A program made the position numbers and the translations under genes. 64,000 bases of DNA from a virus (lineage: Duplodnaviria > Caudoviricetes). The DNA is taken from positions 160,001 through 224,000 of the IMG/VR virus record IMGVR_UViG_3300028888_000047. One strand, given 5' to 3'. The stretch's first letter is position 1. Every line of letters starts with the position of its first letter. Shown one piece after another: positions 7,591 to 14,158 of the stretch. The notes beneath the pieces were generated by a model, which was given only the letters and a program-made list of their open reading frames with translations, had not been told where the DNA came from and did no database searches.

Positions 7591-8610
7591 TTAAATTGTT
7601 GTTATTTTAACTAAATTTTCTTTAAGTTGTTTTTTAAGTGTTTCTTTTATTTCTTCCAACTGTGATTCATTATTTATTATTTTTGAAAATTCTGTATGTT
7701 CTGTAAGGTTTATTCTATCAGTATGTATGTCTGCACAATAATATTTTATTACATTACCATCCTTATTCCAATCAACATAAACCTCTATTTCTGTATCTTC
7801 AATATCAGGAGTTTTGAATATCCAATTATTGAATTCATCGTCATTATTGAAATCCCAATCCTTGTATACATTTCCATCAGGGGTAATTATAACATCATTG
7901 ATATATGTTTTATTACCCATTTTAACAGATGAAAACATCAATCCTCTATGATATGAAATAATACAATTATCTGCCTCAAAAGTTGAAGAGTGACATACTA
8001 AACAGCCTCCACTTCCACTATACATATATTCTTCGCTGAGAAGAGTTTCAATCTCGTCACGGGCCTTTAATGTTGTTGTATCAAGCTTTGTATAATCAGC
8101 CCTTAGATTTATAAGCCTCTTTTCGCTTCCCCATTTCTTAACAAACTCTTTAAACTCATCAAATGAGAAATTTTTATTGATAACCGTATTAATTCTTATC
8201 GGCTTTTCAATTCTGTCTATTAACTTCAAATCAGCCACGCCACTAAATTCGTGACCAATATGTCTTGATATATTAATACCGTGTATCTTTGGCTCAGAAT
8301 TGATATAATCAATTATTTCATCAATGTTCTTAACCAATGGCAATGTTGTGTTAATAAAACACCTTTTATTCATCGCCGATATAATCCTTTTTGTTTCATC
8401 AAGATTAGCAAAAGGCTCGCCACCGGTTAATACATATTCTACCACATCGTAGTTATTGTTTATTTTATTGATTTGTTCTATAATTTTATTCGGATTTAAT
8501 TTGATGTTCTTATACATCTTCTTTGATGTACAAAAAGGACAATTGTTGTCGCAATCAAATGGAACAAATATAGTACAAGCCAAGTTTCTTCTTCCAACTA
8601 AGTATTTCAT
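7591..8610 (-). CDS. radical SAM protein
   Basis: CDNNCPFC (CX3CX2C), LTGGEP, extra GCLVC; start moved to ATG 8610, downstream of the promoter at 8633. Confidence 0.9.
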   Translation of the reverse strand: MKYLVGRRNLACTIFVPFDCDNNCPFCTSKKMYKNIKLNPNKIIEQINKINNNYDVVEYVLTGGEPFANLDETKRIISAMNKRCFINTTLPLVKNIDEIIDYINSEPKIHGINISRHIGHEFSGVADLKLIDRIEKPIRINTVINKNFSFDEFKEFVKKWGSEKRLINLRADYTKLDTTTLKARDEIETLLSEEYMYSGSGGCLVCHSSTFEADNCIISYHRGLMFSSVKMGNKTYINDVIITPDGNVYKDWDFNNDDEFNNWIFKTPDIEDTEIEVYVDWNKDGNVIKYYCADIHTDRINLTEHTEFSKIINNESQLEEIKETLKKQLKENLVKITTI

Positions 8611-8692
8611 ATTTAAAAAATTAATATTTGTCCAAAGATACACAAAAAAATCAATATGAACAAATATTTTTAGTTAAAAAAAGTTAAATGAA

Positions 8693-9091
8693 TTAAGGCT
8701 TTTTAAACACTTCAGCCCCATCGAATAAATCTCCAACATATAGTTTATTAACATCAATACTTTGCTTGATGCCATCATATTTAAACATTATGTTGAGATT
8801 ATCATCCTTTACATTAACAGTAACTTCTGACCAATCGTCTGCTGCAAGGTCATCTTGCTGCGGGGACCATCCAGTCATTACATTTTTTTGGAGTTTATCG
8901 TATTTGCATAAAACCTGTTCGGCCTTTACTTCTCCACCATTTACATCAGCGAGCATTTTTAATATTGGGTCTTTACACCATTCTGATTTAACGCTTGCCT
9001 TTGGCTTGAGCCAAATGAATATTCCACTCCAAGATATTCTTGAAACAAAACCACCTTCCTCCAAAATCTTGTAACATTCTCCAAATTTCAT
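8693..9091 (-). CDS. DUF2829 / Tad2-like (Thoeris anti-defence sponge) protein
   Basis: MKFGECY..L..G..VSR..W.G.FIWL ... GWSPQQDDLAADDW signature. Confidence 0.78.
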   Translation of the reverse strand: MKFGECYKILEEGGFVSRISWSGIFIWLKPKASVKSEWCKDPILKMLADVNGGEVKAEQVLCKYDKLQKNVMTGWSPQQDDLAADDWSEVTVNVKDDNLNIMFKYDGIKQSIDVNKLYVGDLFDGAEVFKKP

Positions 9092-9170
9092 ATCTTTTTT
9101 GCTTTAATGAATAATTCTTTTCATATTACAAATATACAAAAAAAAGTTAAAAAAAAGAAATAATAAAAAC

Positions 9171-9199
9171 AAAAAAATTGCACCATTTCTGATGCAATT
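9171..9199 (-). terminator. intrinsic terminator closing the ncRNA/tRNA-Gly unit
   Basis: AATTGCATCA-GAAA-TGGTGCAATT followed by a T run. Confidence 0.75.
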
Positions 9200-9323
9200 A
9201 ACGCCCTAACAACGCTCCTATGGAATTACCCAATGGTCTGTCACCTTCTTCTTTGCATAAAGCAGTCGAAGCATTTACAAGGTTCAAGGGCTTTGGTTTG
9301 GCGTTAACCTACTGTAGCCCCTT
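9198..9323 (-). ncRNA. candidate pseudoknotted ncRNA
   Basis: Hairpin AGGGGCT/AGCCCTT whose loop TTAACGCC pairs with downstream GGCGTTAA. Confidence 0.45.
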
Positions 9324-9338
9324 TTTCGGTTTTATCAT

Positions 9339-9489
9339 TTAATTTGAGTGTGTTGCTACACCAAAGAAACATATTGATTACCCTCTGCATGCTAGAGGTA
9401 GGCTATTAACTCCTACGTGGCTTCCGTTTATGAAGAATTGTTTCACTCTTTGAAAGATGGACACTTCCAATCCTACTTCCTCAAATTAA
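9339..9489 (-). ncRNA. 23S rRNA GTPase-associated-centre (H43-H44, uL11-binding) mimic
   Basis: GAG-GAAG-TAGGA-TTGGAAG-TGTCCA-TCTTTCAAAGAGTG-[insert]-GTGTAGCAACACA-CTC, closed by TTAATTTGAG/CTCAAATTAA. Confidence 0.7.
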
Positions 9490-9494
9490 TGTTG

Positions 9495-9567
9495 AGCGGA
9501 TGACCAGGTACCATCTGGCAACCTTTGCCTTGGCAAGGCAACGCTCTAGCAATTGAGCTACACCCGC
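9495..9567 (-). tRNA. tRNA-Gly(GCC), non-canonical elbow
   Basis: Acceptor GCGGGTG/CATCCGC, U73, anticodon arm TTGCC-TTGCCAA-GGCAA; T-loop ATGGTAC, D-loop AATTGCTA. Confidence 0.85.
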
Positions 9568-9616
9568 GTGGAGCCGGCACTGTGATGCAACAGCGGTTCA
9601 CCCGGCATGTTATTAG

Positions 9617-9689
9617 AGCAGATGACCGGGTACCATCCGGCAACCTATGCCTTGGAAGGGCATCGCTCTAGCAATTGAGCTACATCTGC
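9617..9689 (-). tRNA. tRNA-Gly(TCC), non-canonical elbow
   Basis: Acceptor GCAGATG/CATCTGC, U73, anticodon arm ATGCC-CTTCCAA-GGCAT; T-loop ATGGTAC. Confidence 0.85.
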
Positions 9690-9691
9690 AA

Positions 9692-9945
9692 GATTGGGCA
9701 ATTAAGGTTTGCCCAGTACCTTTTTATTTGCGATAACAAATAAGATTATGCGCTTATTGAAAGTTGTTATCCTTTCTCGTTTGGTACGCACCGTGAGCTG
9801 TTTACGTGTTTCAGCAACCACCTTATTTGCTCTACTCCTTAACCTCGCTCGGTTAAGTAAATATATGATGTATGAAGAACCTATCAACAAATTTGTTTGT
9901 TTTCGCAGAGCATAAGACTTGTAGTTTATCACGCAGGAAACTACC
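9692..9945 (-). ncRNA. candidate structured ncRNA (about 250 nt)
   Basis: Helices GTAGTTT/AAACTAC, GCTCT/AGAGC, CTTAACC/GGTTAAG, GCTG/CAGC, GTACC/GGTAC, TGGGCAA/TTGCCCA; overlapping ORFs look spurious. Confidence 0.5.
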
Positions 9946-9961
9946 AAAACTGTTATTTTCG

Positions 9962-10984
9962 TTACTGCAAAGTCTTGACAATAGCTGAACGTCCGGTCTC
10001 AGGATTGACTCCCTTACCCTCAAAGCTATTTACCTTCACGCCACGATTTGTCAAATAATCAGCAACTGCCTTTGCTCTCTTCTCAGACAACTTCTGATTA
10101 AATGCAGCAGTACCTTCCTTAGATGCTGTAGCTGTTACATCAACAATTGCATCGTTTCCAATCTGATTAAGAATGTACTTAGCCTCAGGAGAAAGAACTG
10201 CACTACCTGTGGTAAATGTAACCATCCAAACCTCATTTGCCGTTGCAACTGTTGCAGTTTCAACCGTCTTAACTTCAACAACCTTTTCGATTACCTTTGG
10301 CTTACGGCTCTCACACTCTGAAAGTGCGCCATTCAAGCGGTCAATCTCACTAATCATAGCGCCTATGTCATAAGTCTTGAAGTGGTGTGTTCCATTGCTT
10401 GTCTTGAAGTGGTACACATAAGAAACATTCAATGCAAACTGTGCGTTGTGCTTATTGAACTGCAACGCACCAAAATTGCGCAAGTTCCAATAAATAGCGG
10501 GAGTAAAAACAATTGAATGAGCCTTTTTCTTACCAAGATTAAACGCAAGGTCAAGACCAGTTTTACCCGTCAAACTATTGGATGATGTGTTCCACGTATG
10601 AAGCCAACCAATACCACCAATTGCGCTAACCTCAAACACGCGAGGGAAACCCTTATAGCCCCACAAGGCATTAGAAATGTTAAATACGCCATTAGCGCCA
10701 ACATTAGTTGCCTTTACGGCCGTTTTAATGTCTGAGAAATGGTTGTCATTAAGAACAACTAAGCCCTCTAACTGAGCGCCAAAAACAGGGGTGAAATCCT
10801 TCTGCAACTTAATACCTACATTTGTGTTCAAAGGGAACACACTGTTAAAATCAAGAGGAGTAGAAACACCTGCTGTGATTCCGAAGCTAATGTTGTCAAG
10901 CGCATTACTATTCTCAGTAGCAATCTGCGCATTAGCACTTACTACGCCCAACATAAGGGCAAAAATAAACATTAATTTCTTCAT
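9962..10984 (-). CDS. ompA: OmpA family outer membrane protein (Bacteroidales type)
   Basis: Signal peptide, beta-barrel N-terminal domain, C-terminal NQKLSEKRAKAVADYL peptidoglycan-binding motif. Confidence 0.9.
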   Translation of the reverse strand: MKKLMFIFALMLGVVSANAQIATENSNALDNISFGITAGVSTPLDFNSVFPLNTNVGIKLQKDFTPVFGAQLEGLVVLNDNHFSDIKTAVKATNVGANGVFNISNALWGYKGFPRVFEVSAIGGIGWLHTWNTSSNSLTGKTGLDLAFNLGKKKAHSIVFTPAIYWNLRNFGALQFNKHNAQFALNVSYVYHFKTSNGTHHFKTYDIGAMISEIDRLNGALSECESRKPKVIEKVVEVKTVETATVATANEVWMVTFTTGSAVLSPEAKYILNQIGNDAIVDVTATASKEGTAAFNQKLSEKRAKAVADYLTNRGVKVNSFEGKGVNPETGRSAIVKTLQ

Positions 10985-11054
10985 TTTTTTTTCTAATTTT
11001 TTAATTACAATTTTTATTTTATTATAATTTAAAACAATAAATACTACTTTAAAA

Positions 11055-11121
11055 GGGAACGCCTATTGAAGTTATCGCAATCAGAAATATGTTACAAATG
11101 TAAAATTTGCTGTACGTTCCC
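11055..11121 (-). ncRNA. ACAGCAA-stem RNA, copy B (67 nt)
   Basis: GGGAACG-TACAGCAA...GG-CGTTCCC. Confidence 0.65.
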
Positions 11122-11130
11122 ATATATTAA

Positions 11131-11466
11131 TTATGCCTTTGAAATCTTATATTCGTAGGAATAACCTTTAGATTTAGTACCATCTTTTTCGTCGATGTCT
11201 ACAATCTTGTAATGTTCCATCTTACAGTTAAAGCCTCTACGTTTAATGGTTTTTTCTATAAGTTCAATTCCATCATAGCAATATTGAAATTTTCTACTTA
11301 CAATAGGAATTACCAATGTGCTTGGTGGGTCCGTATCAAGTTTTCCCTTCTTTCCGTCTATAAGCCCATAGAATTCAAGCTTATTCATTATAATACCCAA
11401 AAAACATAAGGTATAAGCAGGAAAATCTACCGTTTCCTTTGTGTTCTTTTCATAAACATGTGCCAT
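11131..11466 (-). CDS. hypothetical protein
   Basis: 111 aa ORF. Confidence 0.7.
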   Translation of the reverse strand: MAHVYEKNTKETVDFPAYTLCFLGIIMNKLEFYGLIDGKKGKLDTDPPSTLVIPIVSRKFQYCYDGIELIEKTIKRRGFNCKMEHYKIVDIDEKDGTKSKGYSYEYKISKA

Positions 11467-11505
11467 ATAAACACTATTTTTAAAATTAATACTTTCGTTA
11501 AAAAT

Positions 11506-11620
11506 AAGGAGTCATTTTAAACCCGATAGTGTTAGATTCGAACCAACGACCTCTTGGTAAAATCCAAGGCTCTAACCAACTGAGCTAACTCCCGCAGTAA
11601 ATTTTGCTGTTAGACTCCTT
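11506..11620 (-). ncRNA. ACAGCAA-stem RNA, copy C (linear pseudo-tRNA cargo)
   Basis: AAGGAGTC-TAACAGCAA...D-arm GCTCAGTTGGTTAGAGC, CTTGG-ATTTTA-CCAAG, T-arm GTTGG-TTCGAAT-CTAAC...GACTCCTT. Confidence 0.75.
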
Positions 11621-11630
11621 GTATATATAA

Positions 11631-11776
11631 CCTGACTGCGTGAAGGGATTATAGGATTAGTTCTACCCTCAGATAGGGGAGGCTTCTTATGTGGGTTTTC
11701 AAATCAATCAGATGTCCCACAGCCGTTCTATACATTTACTATCAAACCACTTGCTATTACTTACACGCCTCAGCGG
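11631..11776 (-). ncRNA. candidate rod-like ncRNA (possibly 6S-like)
   Basis: Terminal helix CTGA-GGCGTG/CACGC-AGTCAG, inner helices TATAG/CTATA, GGCT/AGCC, GTGGG/CCCAC; no ORF. Confidence 0.45.
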
Positions 11777-11784
11777 TTAAATTG

Positions 11785-11857
11785 TCGGGGTGACAGGACT
11801 CGAACCTGCGACCACATCATCCCAAATGACGCATTCTACCGACTGAACTACACCCCG
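11785..11857 (-). tRNA. tRNA-Pro(TGG)
   Basis: Acceptor CGGGGTG/CACCCCG, anticodon loop TTTGGGA. Confidence 0.92.
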
Positions 11858-11863
11858 AAAATT

Positions 11864-11987
11864 AGGAAACATTTAAAAATTAGCTGGCGCTCTAAACCTA
11901 CTGAGCTATATGCCGTAGCATAAGTGGATTCGAACCACTGGCCTCCTGCTTGGAACAATTTTTTTAGTTCTTTGCTGTGAGTTTCCT
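11864..11987 (-). ncRNA. ACAGCAA-stem RNA, copy D: circularly permuted tRNA mimic (YrlA/Y-RNA-like)
   Basis: AGGAAAC-TCACAGCAA...GCAGG-AGGCC-[T-arm AGTGG TTCGAAT CCACT]-[closed acceptor TATGC TACG GCATA]-TA-[D-arm GCTC AGTAGGTTTA GAGC]-G-CCAGC...GTTTCCT. Confidence 0.85.
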
Positions 11988-12001
11988 TGTTAATATCTAT
12001 G

Positions 12002-12009
12002 CAAATATA
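12002..12009 (-). promoter_or_regulatory. Bacteroidota -7 promoter box driving copy D and downstream RNAs
   Basis: TATATTTG about 15 nt upstream of the RNA stem. Confidence 0.75.
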
Positions 12010-12068
12010 CAAAAAAACATTTTAATAACAAAATAATATATGTTAAAAAATGTTAAATTATATCTTAA

Positions 12069-12154
12069 TGGTTGGCGTTGGTGGACTCGAACCACCCGTG
12101 GAATTAACCAGAAGATTTACAGTCTTCCCCGATGCCATCTCCGGTCACACGCCA
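12069..12154 (-). tRNA. tRNA-Tyr(GTA), U1-A72, encoded CCA
   Basis: Anticodon arm GAAGA-CTGTAAA-TCTTC, long variable arm, acceptor TGGCGTG/AACGCCA-A-CCA. Confidence 0.88.
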
Positions 12155-12158
12155 ATGT

Positions 12159-12434
12159 TTATTTTTCTTTTTTAAATCTTTCTATATCATCATTCAGAAT
12201 ACCTTTTCCTCTTTTAAGATAGCTTTCAATTTCAGTTTTTTCTTCAGGAGATATTGTAGCATCTTTAAGCGCCTTTTCAAATGAATCGATGTATGATAGG
12301 CTTTTTTCCGCATCTTCTATTGTCCTTATATTGTCAGAACTAATTAAAGATACAAGGAACATATATTTTACCTGTCTATTTTCACATATCTTATCAATAT
12401 CCTCTCCTGTAATGGTAAATTTTTTCTCTTCCAT
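12159..12434 (-). CDS. hypothetical protein
   Basis: 91 aa ORF. Confidence 0.7.
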   Translation of the reverse strand: MEEKKFTITGEDIDKICENRQVKYMFLVSLISSDNIRTIEDAEKSLSYIDSFEKALKDATISPEEKTEIESYLKRGKGILNDDIERFKKEK

Positions 12435-12460
12435 AACTTGTTTTTTTTTATTTCAAAAAT

Positions 12461-12510
12461 AAGGGAACATTTTTTAAACGTTGTTCTACCAACTGAACTA
12501 CCCCTACATC
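12461..12510 (-). pseudogene. 3' remnant of a permuted (copy D-type) ACAGCAA-stem RNA
   Basis: GTAGGGG-TA-GTTCAGTTGGTAGAAC-A...AAAAAAT-GTTCCCTT: D-arm followed by the closing-stem 3' strand, the same order as in copy D. Confidence 0.55.
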
Positions 12511-12511
12511 T

Positions 12512-12982
12512 TTATACTTTCATTTCAACTTCTTCCCACTCTTCTTTTTCTTGCTTATGAATTGGAAAAAGTGTTCTCATTCTTATTAACAATGATAGCC
12601 AATCTCCATTATCTGCGTCAAAGCCAAACTTATCATCAATGCCTATATTGAAATAGAGTTTACCATCATAATTGCCCAATTTATCATTTTGTACCTCCGG
12701 ATTTTCGTTGATATAATCAAACTTAATACCGTTAGCTTTAAACACTTCTATGTATTTGTCTATTTTATCTTTATAAGAAGAAGTCCACAGTATAAGTGAA
12801 ATTTTTTTGTTATTGGTCATAAACTGTAATGCTTCTTTTGCTCCAATAAGCCACTCATATTTTTCTTCTTTTTCGTAACTGGGTCTAAATATTGTGTTAT
12901 GAATATCAACCAACACATATATCTTTTCCCATTTCTTTTCTTTCATACGTTTGTATGCAAAATCTAATGATGTTTCAATCAT
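12512..12982 (-). CDS. HAD-superfamily hydrolase-like protein
   Basis: VDIHNTI motif I variant, LILWTS, INENPE, IDDK. Confidence 0.75.
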   Translation of the reverse strand: MIETSLDFAYKRMKEKKWEKIYVLVDIHNTIFRPSYEKEEKYEWLIGAKEALQFMTNNKKISLILWTSSYKDKIDKYIEVFKANGIKFDYINENPEVQNDKLGNYDGKLYFNIGIDDKFGFDADNGDWLSLLIRMRTLFPIHKQEKEEWEEVEMKV

Positions 12983-13229
12983 GAATTGTCCAAAGTCTAT
13001 TTGTTAATGGATGCCAATCATCTTTTTCAGTTTGGAAATAATAATAACTTCCATTCACTTCAGATGTATATTCTCCAACATCTACTAATATAGTTTCGCC
13101 ACTATAATTAAAATAACATCCTTTTGAGTTGTCTAATTTCAAAAGTTTAACTGTTGGAAAATCTCTCATATGCAACATTGTGCCACTCTTAAGAGATGGC
13201 CAATCAACTGCTGTAACTTTTGCTGACAT
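12975..13229 (-). CDS. hypothetical protein
   Basis: 84 aa ORF overlapping the next start. Confidence 0.7.
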   Translation of the reverse strand: MSAKVTAVDWPSLKSGTMLHMRDFPTVKLLKLDNSKGCYFNYSGETILVDVGEYTSEVNGSYYYFQTEKDDWHPLTNRLWTIHD

Positions 13230-13246
13230 AATAAAAATTAATTTTG

Positions 13247-13318
13247 TAGTCGGTACGAGATTCGAACTCGTATGGCAAGAATGAAAATCTTGAATCCTAG
13301 CCCTTAGATGAACCGACC
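13247..13318 (-). tRNA. tRNA-Glu(TTC)
   Basis: Acceptor GGTCGGT/ACCGACT, anticodon arm CAAGA-TTTTCAT-TCTTG. Confidence 0.92.
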
Positions 13319-13324
13319 ATTTTT

Positions 13325-13383
13325 AGGAAACTCTTTTTTGGTACGGAATTTGCAGTTCTGTGAAAATTTGCTGTAAGTTTCCT
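13325..13383 (-). ncRNA. ACAGCAA-stem RNA, copy E (anticodon stem-loop cargo, GCA)
   Basis: AGGAAACT-TACAGCAA-ATTTTC-ACAGAA-CTGCAAA-TTCCGT...AGTTTCCT. Confidence 0.7.
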
Positions 13384-13467
13384 TGTTCATATATAAGCCT
13401 ATGAAAAACACTATACAAATATACAAAAAATATTTGATAAACAAAAATTATTATTGTTAAAAAATGT

Positions 13468-13501
13468 AAAAAGGTGAATAATCGCGTAGATTATCCACCT
13501 T
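13468..13501 (-). terminator. intrinsic terminator (attenuator candidate)
   Basis: AAGGTGGATAATC-TACGC-GATTATTCACCTT-TTT. Confidence 0.75.
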
Positions 13502-13559
13502 CATTGTTCTAATATCATGAAAACACACTTAGTATGAGATACATATCAGGATAATCTAC

Positions 13560-13655
13560 TTAAAATGAACAGTATGGTTCTTCTCCGAAAGCATATTCGC
13601 CCTCGTAGCCGCCGTAAACCGGTTCATAAGTATAATTAAATGATATGTTTTGCAT
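13560..13655 (-). CDS. Tyr/Phe-rich small peptide (31 aa), putative leader peptide
   Basis: MQNISFNYTYEPVYGGYEGEYAFGEEPYCSF*; preceded by ATATTTAT. Confidence 0.55.
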   Translation of the reverse strand: MQNISFNYTYEPVYGGYEGEYAFGEEPYCSF

Positions 13656-13696
13656 TTTTTCTATTTTTATAATAAATATAACAATTTTTTTAAAAG

Positions 13697-14158
13697 TCAA
13701 GATTTTTTAGTAAAACTGGTGGATAATATATCAAAACATTCTTTTTTCTTTGCTTTTAATTCTTTTATTTTTTCATTTATCTTCTTTTTTTCAGCCTCAA
13801 ATTGCTTTAATTCCCTGTCAATAGATTCTGTTAATTTATATGCATATTGTTTTCCAAAATCTTCAAGTGCTTTTTCTGCCTCTTCTTTAACAGTAAAGAA
13901 CCTAAATCGTTTATCTACTACTGAGTCGTCATTTACTTCGCCTCTGTGATAGCATCTTATTGGATTATCCCAAGAAACTCCTGCCGAAGAACATGGTACA
14001 CAATAAAATGTACCAAAAAAAGTCAAACCTGTGGCTTTCTCTTTTTGCACAAAAGTTTTAACTTTATTTCTTACTATTTTTCCTTCTCTGATTTCTGGAA
14101 AAATATAGTAGAGCCTGCCTTTATAATTATTTACGTCTTTTACCTTTATTAATTCCAT
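13697..14158 (-). CDS. hypothetical protein
   Basis: 153 aa, coiled-coil C-terminus. Confidence 0.75.
   Translation of the reverse strand: MELIKVKDVNNYKGRLYYIFPEIREGKIVRNKVKTFVQKEKATGLTFFGTFYCVPCSSAGVSWDNPIRCYHRGEVNDDSVVDKRFRFFTVKEEAEKALEDFGKQYAYKLTESIDRELKQFEAEKKKINEKIKELKAKKKECFDILSTSFTKKS

Noticed and set aside
9339-9489. True rRNA gene or host rRNA contamination
   Set aside because: Only the roughly 60-nt H43-H44 core matches, with compensatory changes and an insert; the flanks are not rRNA
9171-9945. GOLLD, ROOL, tmRNA or RNase P RNA
   Set aside because: I could not find tmRNA termini and tag, the RNase P P4 consensus or recognisable GOLLD 3' motifs by eye; cmscan is needed for a firm exclusion
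9702-9947. ORFs 9702-9947(-) and 9709-9915(+)
   Set aside because: Non-ATG starts, atypical composition, and overlap with a heavily base-paired region
723-13318. tRNA-associated HDV-like (theta) ribozymes at tRNA 3' ends
   Set aside because: The sequences following the tRNAs did not show a convincing nested double pseudoknot by eye; a motif search would be needed
2996-13383. CRISPR array or simple terminators as the explanation of the ACAGCAA repeats
   Set aside because: The copies are dispersed, stems co-vary rather than repeat exactly, the loops are large and structured, and no cas genes are present
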